The translations under genes were made by a program, and so were the position numbers. 64,000 bases of DNA from assembly GCF_039654945.1 (NCBI RefSeq), contig NW_027361804.1, positions 6,448,001 through 6,512,000 of the forward strand, given 5' to 3'. The notes beneath the pieces were generated by a model, which was not told the DNA's origin, made no database searches, and worked only from the letters and a program-made list of their open reading frames with translations. Positions 49,206 to 64,000 of this stretch are shown here, piece after piece. How positions within the stretch are numbered: the first letter of the stretch is position 1; every line of letters begins with the position of its first letter. The DNA is from Dendrobates tinctorius (lineage: Eukaryota).

Positions 49206-52200
49206 TTTTTTTTTTTTATGCACATGTAATCGAAGTACATGTATCAAAGTACTACTGGCAGTTATAACATGGATGAATGTGACACGCATCTCTATTCTCT
49301 TCATACAGGTAACCAGCTTTTCCAATCTCTGCTCTGAATCCACTCCTGTGTCTCCATTCAATGTCAGCAAGCAGTTAATCCTGAATGCTATCTCTGTGTT
49401 TTCAACTCTGCAAGCTTATATCTGCTATATAGTTTTTTTCAACTTACTCTGCTTGTCTCCTTATGTTGTGAGGTCAAGAAACTTTTCAAAGTGCTTTATG
49501 ATCCATGTAGTGCTGGACATGTGTTTATTTGACCACAACATTTTATTGGGTCCTGGTGTCTCAATTTAGTGTGATTGATTAACGAGAAGAGAGAGAGCCA
49601 ACAAAAAAAACAAAAACCTAGCCTTAATCTCCTATATATTCAGACCTAGCTAGGGGGAGCATTTATGCACAAGTAATCGAAGTACATGTATCAAAGTACT
49701 ACTGGCAGTTATAACATGGCAGTTAGACAGGGCAGGAGACAGGTAAGACATTTATATACATCTACTCCCTGTACATTTGGAGTGCAACAAATATATACCA
49801 TATGCATTTGTGTAATTTTAATCCTGGCCGCTGCATTCACACACATCCACCGCCCTGGCATTAACTCTCTACACTCCATCCATATTGGCCCCTCGCTCCT
49901 TTCCTCTCCTATGTATAGCACTCACGCTCTTTTCACGTTGTTAAACTGCACAGATCCAGTCAGTCCCACCATTCAACATCAGAGACGCTCTCACAAATCA
50001 CTTAACCATCTGCTCACTCTTTCTATCCTCCTTCTCCTAGTCGCAGGAGACATTGCTCCCAACCCTGGTCCCCCATGTTATAGAAAGTCAAACCCCCCGA
50101 CTGCTACACTTAGAAACCCCTCTAATCTTATTAATATTCCCTGCATGCCATCTGTCTCTCTTAATTGTGCACTTTGGAATTCTCACTCAGTGTGTAACAA
50201 ACTCTCCTTCATCCATGACTTCTTCCTTTCTAATTCTCTTAACCTCCTGGCTCTTACTGAAACCTGGATCCAGCAGTCAGACACTACCGCTGCTGCTGCT
50301 CTTTCATACGGGGGGGCTACACTTCTCTCATACCCCAAGATCAGACAGTAGAGCTGGTGGAGGCGTTGGTCTGCTCCTATCACCAAAATGTACCTTTCAG
50401 GTTATCCCTCAAGTACCCGCACTTGTCTTCCCTTCTTTTGAGGTCCATGCCGTCAGACTCTACACCCCCTTCTCCATGCGAGTGGCGGTGGTGTATCGTC
50501 CTCCCGGCCCCTCCCATCAGTTCCTGGATCATTTTGCCACTTGGCTTCCACATTTTCTCTCCTGTGACATCCCTACCCTCATCATGGGAGATTTCAACAT
50601 CCCCATTGCTCTTCCCCTCTCCCCATCTGCTACTCACCTTTTATCTCTAACCTCCTCATTTGGCCTTTCGCAGCTTACTAATTCTCCAACGCATGAAGAC
50701 GGAAACTCCCTCGACTTGGTCTTCTCTCGGCTTTGTGCAGTGGATGATTTTGCAAACTCCCCTCTCCCGCTCTCTGACCACAATCTTCTTTCATTCTCTA
50801 TAAAGAACTGCCAGGCCGCTCAGGTCTCCCCCACTGTCCAGACTTATAGAAACATACAGGCCATTAACACCCAGAAACTTCTGAAGAACTTGCAGTCTTC
50901 ATTGGCCCCTATCTCCTCCCTCTCATGTCCCGATTCTGCATTGAAGCATTACAATGAAACACTTCAAAGTGCCCTGGATGAATTTGCACCCCCTATAAAT
51001 AGAACACCACAACGCAGACAGCGACAACCCTGGCACACGGTGCAAACACGTTTCCTGCAGCGGTGCTCCAGGTGCGCCGAACGTCTGTGGAGAAAATCCA
51101 ACCTACACGAAGATTTCATCCATTATAAGTTTATGCTTAGAACATACAACACTGCCCTTCACCTCTCCAAACAAACCTATTTCAACACCCTCATCACCTC
51201 ACTGTCCAATAACCCGAAACAGCTCTTTGACACTTTTCATTCCCTGCTCAACCCAAGAGTACAGGCCCCAACCACGGAGCTCCGAGCTGACGATCTGGCC
51301 AATTTACTTCAAAGAAAAAATTGACCAGATTCGACAGGAAATTTTCTCCCAATCCCCTCACACCATGCACTGTCCTCCCTCCCCCACTGCATCTAACTCA
51401 CTCTCTGATTTTGAACCAGTCACAGAAGAAGAAGTAAGCAGGCTCCTTGCATCTTCTCGCCCAACTACTTGCACCAGTGACCCATTTCCGTCACATCTCC
51501 TCCAGTCCCTTTCCCCTGCTGTCACCCCTCACCTAACTAAAATATTTAACCTCTCTCTCTCTTCTGGTATCTTTCCCTCCTCATTTAAGCATGCCATCAT
51601 ACATTCACTACTTAAAAAAACCATCCCTCCACCAAAACTGTGCCGCTAACTATAGACCTGTCTCTAATCTTCCCTTCATCTCTAAACTCCTGGAACGCCT
51701 GGTCCACTCCCGTCTTATCCGCTATCTCTCAGAAAACTCTGTTCTCGACCCTCTCCAATCCGGTTTCCGCTCTTTACACTCCACTGAAACTGCCCTCACT
51801 AAAGTCTCTAATGATCTACTAACAGCTGAATCAAATGGTCATTACTCCATGCTAATTCTCTTGGATTGCTCTGCAGCATTCGACACTGTGGATCATCAGC
51901 TCCTCCTCACTATGCTCCGCTCCATTGGCCTCAAGGACACCGTTCTCTCCTGGTTCTCCTCCTATCTCTCTGACCGCTCCTTTACTGTTTCTTTTGCCGG
52001 TTCCTCCTCCTCTCACCTTCCCCTTACTGTTGGGGTTCCTCAAGGATCGGTTCTAGGCCCCCTCCTCTTCTCCTTGTACACTGCCCCTATTGGTCAAACA
52101 ATCAGTAGATTTGGTTTCCAGTACCATCTCTATGCTGATGACACCCAATTATACGCTTCTTCTCCTGACATCACGCGAGCCTTTCTAGAAACCACCGGCG

Positions 52201-53329
52201 ATTGTCTAAACGCTGTGTCTAACATCATGTCCTCACTATATCTGAAGCTGAACCTGTCAGACTGAACTCCTGGTGTTTCCTCCCGCTACTAATGTACCTA
52301 TACCCGACATTGCCATTTCCGTGTGTGGTTCCACTATTACTCCCCAGCAACATGCCCGCTGTCTTGGGGTCATACTTGATTCCGAGCTTTCCTTTGCCCC
52401 CCACTTTCGATCACTGGCTCGCTCTTGTCATCTGCACCTCAAAAACATTTCTAGAATTCGACCTTTTCTTACCTTTGACTCTGCAAAAACTCTTACTGTT
52501 TCTCTTATTCATTCTCGTCTCAACTATTGTAACTCTCTTCTAATCGGTCTCCCTCTTACCAAACTCTCCCCCCTCCAATCTGTCTTGAATGCTGCAGCCA
52601 GGATCATATTCCTCACCAATCGTTACACCGATGCCTCTACCTTGTGCCAGTCATTACACTGGCTACCCATCCACTCCAGAATTCAGTATAAACTTATTAC
52701 CCTCACCCACAAAGCCCTCCATGGCTCAGCACCACCCTACATCTCCTCCCTTGTTTCAGTATACCACCCTACCCGCGCCCTCCGTTCTGCTGATGACCTG
52801 AGGTTAGCATCCTCAATAATCAGAACCTCCCACTCCTGTCTCCAAGACTTTACACGTGCTGCATCAATTCTTTGGAATGCACTTCCCAGGTCAATACGAT
52901 TAGTCCCCAATCCCTACAATTTTAAGCGTGCCCTGAAAACGCATTTATTCAGACTTTATTAACACATTAACCTAATCTATCCCTGTGTGGCACAGCCAAA
53001 AGTTTTACCATAACCAGGTTCCCCGCATCATGTTCCCACATGCTTTATGCATCCATTAGCCCTCTGTGTCTGTACTGTTACACACTTAACATTATGGCTG
53101 GTCCATACAATCAGAGCAACTGTTACCACCCACCTTTCGTGTCTACCTCTTTCCTCATAGACTGTAAGCTTGCGAGCAGGGCCCTCACTCCTCTTGGTAT
53201 TTGTTATAATCTACTGTATGTGATTATTGTTATGCTGTAATGTCTATTGTCTGTACAAATCCCCTCTGAAATGTAAAGTGCTGCAGAATGTCAGCGCTAT
53301 AAAAATAAAATTTATTATTATTATATTAT
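49206..53329 (+). mobile_element. L2/CR1-group LINE with a frameshifted APE-RT ORF2
   Basis: APE motifs (LALTETW, GGGVG, VVYRPP, MGDFN, LDLVF, SDH); RT motifs ([34 protein letters not shown]); 3' end AATAAA plus (ATT)n. Confidence 0.93.
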
Positions 53330-56035
53330 TACACTACACAGTACCATTCCTCCCGTATACATACACTGCACAGCACCATTCCTCCCGTATATATACACTG
53401 CACAGCACCACTCCTCCCGTATATATACACTGCACAGCACCACTCCTCCCGTATATATACACTGCACAGCACCGCTCCTCCCGTATATATACACTGCACA
53501 GCACCGCTCCTCCCGTATATATACACTGCACAGCACCGCTCCTCCCGTATATATACACTGCACAGCACCGCTCCTCCCGTATATATACACTGCACAGCAC
53601 CGCTCCTCCCGTATATATACACTGCACAGCACCACTCCTCCCGTATATATACACTGCACAGTACCACTCCTCCCGTATATATACACTGCACAGTACCACT
53701 CCTCCCGTATATATACACTGCACAGTACCGCTCCTCCTGTATATACACACACTGCACAGTACCGCTCCTCCTGTATATATACACTGCACAGTACCGCTCC
53801 TCCTGTATATACACACTGCACAGTACCGCTCCTCCCGTATATATACACTGCACAGTACCGCTCCTCCCGTATATATACACTGCACAGTACCGCTCCTCCC
53901 GTATATATACACTGCACAGTACCGCTCCTCCCGTATATATACACTGCACAGTACCGCTCCTCCTGTATATATACACTGCACAGTACCGCTCCTCCCGTAT
54001 ATATACACTGCACAGTACCGCTCCTCCTGTGTATATATACACTGCACAGTATCTCTCCTCCTGTATATATACACTGCACAGTACCACTCCTCCTGTATAT
54101 ATACACTGCACAGTACCGCTCCTCCTGTATATATACACTGCACAGTATCTCTCCTCCTGTATATATACACTGCACAGTACCACTCCTCCTGTCCTGTATA
54201 TATACACACTGCACAGTACCACTCCTCCTGTATATATACACTGCACAGTACCACTCCTCCTGCATATATACACTGCACAGTACCACTCCTCCTGTATATA
54301 TACACTGCACAGTACCGCTCCTCCTGTATATACTGTATACACTGCACAGTACCGCTCCTCCTGTATATATACACTGCACTGCACCACTCCTCCTGTATAT
54401 ATACACTGCACAGTACCACTCCTCCTGTATATATACACTGCACAGTACCGCTCCTCCTGTATATATACACTGCACAGTACCACTCCTGTCCTGTATATAT
54501 ACACTGCACAGTACCACTCCTGTCCTGTATATATACACTGCACAGTACCACTCCTGTCCTGTATATATACACTGCACAGTACCACTCCTGTCCTGTATAT
54601 ATACACTGCACAGTACCACTCCTCCTGTATATATACACTGCACAGTACCGCTCCTCCTGTATATACTGTATACACTGCACAGTACCGCTCCTCCTGTATA
54701 TATACACTGCACAGCACCACTCCTCCTGTATATATACACTGCACAGTACCACTCCTCCTGTATATATATACTGCACAGTACCACTCCTGTCCTGTATATA
54801 TACACTGCACAGTACCACTCCTGTCCTGTATATATACACTGCACAGTACCGCTCCTCCTGTGTGTGTATATATATACATACACTGCACAGTACCGCTCCT
54901 GTATATATACACTGCACAGTACCGCTCCTGTATATATACACTGCACAGTACCACTCCTCCTGTATATATACACTGCACAGTACCTCTCCTCCTATATATG
55001 TACACTGCACAGTACCTCTCCTCCTGTATATATACACTGCACAGTACCACTCCTCCTGTATATATACACTGCACAGTACCACTCCTCCTGTATATACACA
55101 CTGCACAGTACCTCTCCTCCTGTATATGTACACTGCACAGTACCTCTCCTCCTGTATATATACTGCACAGTACCACTCCTCCTGTATATATACACTGCAC
55201 AGTACCACTCCTCCTGTATATATACACTGCACAGTACCACTCCTCCTGTCCTGTATATATACACACTGCACAGTACCACTCCTCCGGTGTATATATACAC
55301 TGCACAGTACCACTCCTCGTGTCCTGTATATATACACACTGCACAGTACCACTCCTCCTGTATATATACACTGCACAGTACCACTCCTCCTGTATATATA
55401 CACTGCACAGTACCCCTCCTCCTGTATATATACACTGCAGAGCACCACTCCTCCTGTATATATATATACTGCACAGTACCCCTCCTCCTGTATATGTACA
55501 CTGCACAGCACCACTCCTCCTGTATATATATATATATATACTGCACAGCACCACTCCTCCTGTATATATACACTGCACAGCACCACTCCTCCTGTATATA
55601 TACACTGCACAGTACTGCTCCTCCTGTATATATACACTGCACAGTACCACTCCTCCTGTATATATACACTGCACAGTACCCCTTCTCTGCCCTGTGTACA
55701 CTGCACAGTACTGCTCCTCCTGTATATATACACTGCACAGTACCCCTCCTCCTGTATATATACACTGCACAGCACCACTCCTCCTGTATATATATACTGC
55801 ACAGCACCACTCCTCCTGTATATATACACTGCACAGCACCACTCCTCCTGTATATACACTGCACAGTACCGCTCCTCCTGTATATATACACTGCACAGTA
55901 CCACTCCTCCTGTATATATACACTGCACAGTACCCCTTCTCTGCCCTGTGTACACTGCACAGTACCCCTTCTCTGCCCTGTGTACACTGCACAGTACCCC
56001 TTCTCTGCCCTGTGTACACTGCACAGTGCCCCTTC
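53330..56035. repeat. 32-bp minisatellite, right part
   Basis: Tandem copies; a stop-poor unit gives long ORFs in all six frames. Confidence 0.96.
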
Positions 56036-57719
56036 TGTCGGCTATTCTCCCTTCACCTTCCATATAACAAGGCTGCTGTGTTCCTGAGGGTCAGACAATC
56101 TATTTCCATCTTGCTCCCTCCGCAGCTGTTTTCTTGGATTTATCCCCCCTCCCCATTAGACGACGTTAGTCATACAGAAAGAAGATACAATATATTGTGC
56201 CCCTCTGCCCCCGGTGCAGCCCCTGCGCGGCGCCAACAACCGTCCCCTTTATCCCTCACTTCTAAATCTCCTTTATGTCCTGATACAGAAAGTTCTTCGC
56301 TGGAGAGTCTCTTTTGTGGCACAAACGTCTTTTACTTTTTACTGACTTGTTTGCAATTTTTGCGTTACATTGTGACAGCGATGGCTCAGAAAATGGCGCC
56401 AAGACGTGTGCGGGGAGCCAACGGAGGAACGGTCACGTGACCATGAAAGAAAGGGACGTGGTTTAATAAAAAGTCACTGTGAAATGTACCGAGGTCCACG
56501 GCGCAGATAGAAAAGTTCTTAGATATTTCCGAAATCTCTGCTTGCTTCCAGTGAATGAAAACATCCACTGATCTAGCCGATTGGCTGCAGCCCCCCCTCC
56601 TCCCGGCCACGTTCTCTGCACCCTCTGTACAGGGCATTGCCCTTGACCCCATTTACTTCATTATCAGGACTAGAGGGGGTCCCGGAGGTTGGGGGTTGGT
56701 CCTGCAGTCAGTAAAAAGTTACATGGAAGAAGTCCTGGGAACAATGGAAACTTTGGGGGGAGGGCTGAGAACAATGGAGGCTCTGGGCCCGAATCCCTGC
56801 ACGCCCCTTCCATCCTGTGCAGTGGCATTAGAATTGGGCATAAGAGGGGCACCTGTAGTTTATTGGTAATGTTGGGGGAATTGTCAGGATAAACCTTCAA
56901 GAACGCGCCCGGGGGACCAACGCTGAGGTTCTCCATCTGTGGCCACCCCGGAAATGTCCAGGGCACCACGCAGCTTTAAGTATACAGCACAGCTCACTGC
57001 TATGAAGCGGGCGGTCCGCAGCCCACCCTTCCATCCTCTGTAAGGCAGGACCTTTTGGGTCCACAACCTCTATGGGGATCGATACCCCGGCTGCGAACCA
57101 TGTACAACCCAGGGGATCCTCAGGAGCTCTGCCATGTCATCTGTGACCAACGGGAGGAAAGGTGACATGGGACTGCACCCAGGACCACCCCGTGGACTGC
57201 CCCCTCCCCACAGACAATCATAGCCGTGTCCTCTATGTCGTTTTTAATGATTTCCTGTCAGGCTCATTTGCATACATTTACATATTTTCATCAATACGTT
57301 GGGAAACGATTTTTGTCTGCCTCATCAGATGGATGATGACGAGTCTCGAATAGATACATAGTGGGAAGGGGTCACCTACGGGCGATATAAGGCAAATGGG
57401 TTCATAACCCTTTTCTCCACTAAAAATGTGGTGAAGAGGGGTCGTCAATGTCTCACTCCGAGATCTATGTACACAAAGTCTATTGAATACTCAATCAGGA
57501 CGGAGGTCACGGTGATCTGTGCACAGTCAGAACATGGGGAAGGGGCTGCGTCCTCCTGGAGAGGGAACCCATAGTCCATTTATCATGGGTTGTCCAATGT
57601 TCTGAAGGTTCAGGTGCAAGAAAGACATTCATAACATAATATATAGATGATTCCGCCCAGAAGAAGGCAAAGTGTCCAGGAGGAGACGGCTATGGCTTGA
57701 GGATAGAGGGCAGTTCTTG

Positions 57720-58920
57720 GTGATGGAAGTTCTCTTCCTGGAGATGGGAATGCTCTTCCTAGTAATGGTGCTTCTTTTCTTGGTTAAGTAGACAAAGGGG
57801 TCTGTTCCTTGTGATGAATGTCCTCCTCGTGAAGATGGAGGCTCTCTCTGACTGATATAGAGGTTTACCTCTTGGTGATAGACAATCTCTTGTTGGTTAT
57901 GGAGGTTCCTGAAGCTTGGCAATTGTCTCCTTGGTAATGGAGGTTCTCTCCCCAAAGACTGAGGTTCTCCTCTTTCTGATAGAACTTCTCTTCCTGGTTA
58001 TGCAGGTTCCTAAAGCATTCAGGTTCTCTCTCTGGAGACTGTGGCAGATCTTTTCCTGGTTATTGAGGCTTTTGAAGTTCAGAGGTTCTCCCCCTGGTGA
58101 TGGATATGCTCCCCTGGTGAATTGAGGTCCTCATGGGTATGGTGTTTCACATCTTGATGATAGATGTTCTCCCCCTGTTAATGAGGACTCCTGAAGATTG
58201 TAGATTTTCTTCCTGCAGATGGAGGTTCTCTTCCGAGTGATGGGGAATATGGCCCTAGTAATGGAGGTCCCTGGACCTTGTAGATTCTCTTCATACTTAT
58301 GGTGGTTGTCTTCCTAGTGATATTCTCCCCTGGTAATGGAGGTTCCTAGAGCTTGTAGATTCTCTTCCTAGTGTTGGGGGATCTCACCCTGGTAATGGAG
58401 GTTCTCATGGAGATGGAGGTTCTCTTCCTTGTGAAGGGGGGTTCTTGCCCTGGTAATGGAATTCCTGAAGCTTGTAAATTCTCTTCAATGGTGATGGTTG
58501 TCTTCCTAGTGACGGGGGTTTTCCCCCTGGTAATAGAGGTTCCTGGAGATTGTAGATTCTCTTCCTAGTGTTGGAGAAACTCACCATGGTAATGGAGGTT
58601 CTCATGGAAATGAAAGTTCTCTTCCTAGTGAAGGGGGTTCATTCCCTGGTAATGGAGGTTCCTGGAGCTTATAGGTTCCCTGAAATGGTTTTGGTTGTCT
58701 TCCTAGTGATGGGGGATCTCCCCCTGGTAATAGAGGTTCCTGGAGCTTGTAGATTCTCTTCCTGGTAGTGGAGGTTCTCCTGGAGATGGAAGTTCTCTTC
58801 CTTGTGAAGAGGGGTTCTCCTGGAGATGGAGGTTCTCTTCCTAGTGAAGGGGGGATTCTTCCCCGGTAATGGAATTCCTGAAGTTTGCAGATTCTCTTCC
58901 CAGTGATGGAGGCTTCCCTC
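57720..58920. repeat. Degenerate composite tandem repeat (GGTAATGGAGGTTCCTGGAGCTTGTAGATTCTCTTCC and GATGGAGGTTCTCTTCCT subunits)
   Basis: Recurring subunits with a higher-order period of roughly 200 bp. Confidence 0.75.
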
Positions 58921-59236
58921 ATAGTAGCGCTCAGCGCTCTAGATCACATCTAGTCCATAGCGTTGGTCCTTCTCAACCACTGGATCCTGGCATCTTTCAT
59001 GTGGCATCTCTTATGGAAGTCTATTGGTTAGGTGAACATGTAGCACCACTTATGGGGTTGTGTGGCATCTCCACCTTGGTGCGTATTGAGCTCTGGTTGA
59101 CATGTAGAGCACTGAGCCAGTCCTGAGAAGCCACAAATGGAGCCCGGTGACACTTAGCACCTTCACAGCTGCCCAGGTAACAGGTGATGATGGCCGCTTC
59201 AGTCTCTAGACCCTTGAAAGAGATAGACTATGGTGC

Positions 59237-62586
<3,350 letters not shown>

Positions 62587-62789
62587 CTGCAACACAATAA
62601 CACACGCTGGAGAAATTGTAAGTATAAGTATAGTGGGGGTTGTAGTACTGGTGCCGGCTGTGGGAGTGATGGGGGTTAGTGCTAATGATGGCGGTGGTAT
62701 AACCAGTGGGGGACGGGGAAGGAGCCCGAGGTCAATACTGCGGTATTACTGATATTGCAATGGAAATAACACGTGAAGATCACACACAG

Positions 62790-63040
62790 GCAAGTGCTGC
62801 AGCACAGACACACAGCTAAGTACGGCAGCACAGCCACAGCTGTGTGTCTGTGCTGCGGTACTTAGCTGTGTATCTGTGTTGCAGTACTTAGCTGAGTATC
62901 TGTGTTGCAGTGCTAAGTACCGCAGCACAGACACACAACTGAATACAGCAGCACAGACACACAACTGAATACAGCAGCACAGACACACAGCTGAGTGCCA
63001 CACCACAGTCACAAAGCTGAGTGCCGCAGCACAGACACCA
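62790..63040. repeat. ~28-bp repeat with an internally inverted block
   Basis: GCAGCACAGACACACAGCT copies flank reverse-complement copies at ~62838-62910. Confidence 0.7.
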
Positions 63041-63223
63041 CTAGAGAAGACTTGATTGGAAGATTGGAATCAGTAGGAATGAGCGCCCCCTTGTGTTAGG
63101 CCTGAATAGATATTAGGCCACTTTATTCAGTTCAGCAGAATAATGGGAGAGGGGAACACCAGAAGGTTGGAACAGTAAATTAAGGCCACACAGAGGCTGC
63201 ATGCACACTCGGAGCACGCTCAC

Positions 63224-63350
63224 ACTGCAAAGCACAGGAGCTCGGGTATAAAAGCGGATTCTTCATTTCTGTTTTCAAATTGTTTCCTGAATCCCTGACC
63301 TCCAGCACTTCCCAGAATAATTTGTGCTTTGTCCTCCACCATCACAGTAG
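63224..63350 (-). CDS. Candidate upstream (exon 11-equivalent) linker exon of the KCNQ1-like gene
   Basis: Acceptor TTTACTGACAG and donor GTGAGC; 127 nt open in the required phase 1 to phase 2; weak sequence similarity. Confidence 0.45.
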
Positions 63351-64000
63351 CTGTCAGTAAATGAAAACCAAACAAACTAGTCCTGCTCACACAGCAGGAG
63401 CCCATGATAGAAGAGAAATGTGTCCCGGTCTGCAACTGTAACAAACCCTCAGCCGTGTGAGCAGAAGGAGGTTACGACAAGCTTTCAGCCTCTGAATGGG
63501 AAAAAAAGTCTCCTTCGCCGAGAGCTAGCGTGAAACCCAAGAAAACACGGATATGGAGTTCCACTTTTATACCTCTTCTTCCTGGGCAGACCCTCACCTG
63601 CTCATGGTGCTGCCAGGGGGGATAAAGAACAGCGATTACACGGTGCGGGCATCAGACGGAGCAGACGCATGTACTTAGGGGTCACTAAGCAGAAGGCACA
63701 GGGTGCTCAGGAACAGCGCCTCTCATGTCCTTGTGGCTGTATATGGAACAGCAGCTTAGCTGCATTTACTTCGGCTGCAGTACCTGGAGCAGCCACATGG
63801 ACGTCAGTGGCGCTGATTATGAAAAAAAAAAAGACGTTGACCCTCATTTCTAAAGCATAAATGAATCTCTTCACTCCCTCTCGCAGCAAAGAGTGAGAGC
63901 TGCTGCAGCTCCGTCCTTTTTTACAAGATGGATGTTTTTTAGCACCAGAGGTGGGAGTATAATATACCCTGTAACATGCGGCTTCTTCTTGGCGCCCCCC

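Noticed and set aside
53227-56440. Very long ORFs (up to 946 aa) on both strands
   Set aside because: Translations of a stop-poor 32-bp minisatellite; no domain content.
63440-64000. Further KCNQ1-like exons (for example an RKKRYK-containing frame near 63570)
   Set aside because: No convincing pair of splice sites in the right phase with recognisable similarity.

Overview
Vertebrate genomic DNA, most likely from a frog (inferred from the transposon families and satellites present). It is GC-rich and dense in minisatellites, resembling a subtelomeric region. Four spliced host genes can be reconstructed from splice sites and protein motifs: RHNO1 (+, 875-1755, with a CCAAT-rich promoter at the left edge where FOXM1 is expected head-to-head), TULP3 (+, 11 coding exons, 23887-32070), a short p27Kip1/CDKN1B-type CDK inhibitor (+, 38105 to about 39650, 3' UTR from 44116) and the 3' exons of a divergent KCNQ1-like Kv7 channel (-, 59237-62586 and beyond) that converges on CDKN1B. 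Between RHNO1 and TULP3 lies a deep transposon nest. A DIRS tyrosine-recombinase retrotransposon (4403-17922) carries a full-length Tf1/sushi-type chromovirus, a piggyBac-like element holding a Harbinger MITE, a solo LTR and another MITE. It is followed by a Tc1 inserted inside another Tc1. An L2 LINE with a 2A-like peptide sits inside a 32-bp minisatellite. The main leads are: the CDKN1B-KCNQ1-like pair as a probable whole-genome-duplication twin of the CDKN1C-KCNQ1 locus; a frame anomaly that removes the canonical p27 degron; a self-priming signature and a 25-bp micro-inversion in the chromovirus LTRs; and a TULP3 promoter enclosed by related G-rich arrays in inverted orientation. Comparisons with human genes are from recall, not from a database search.
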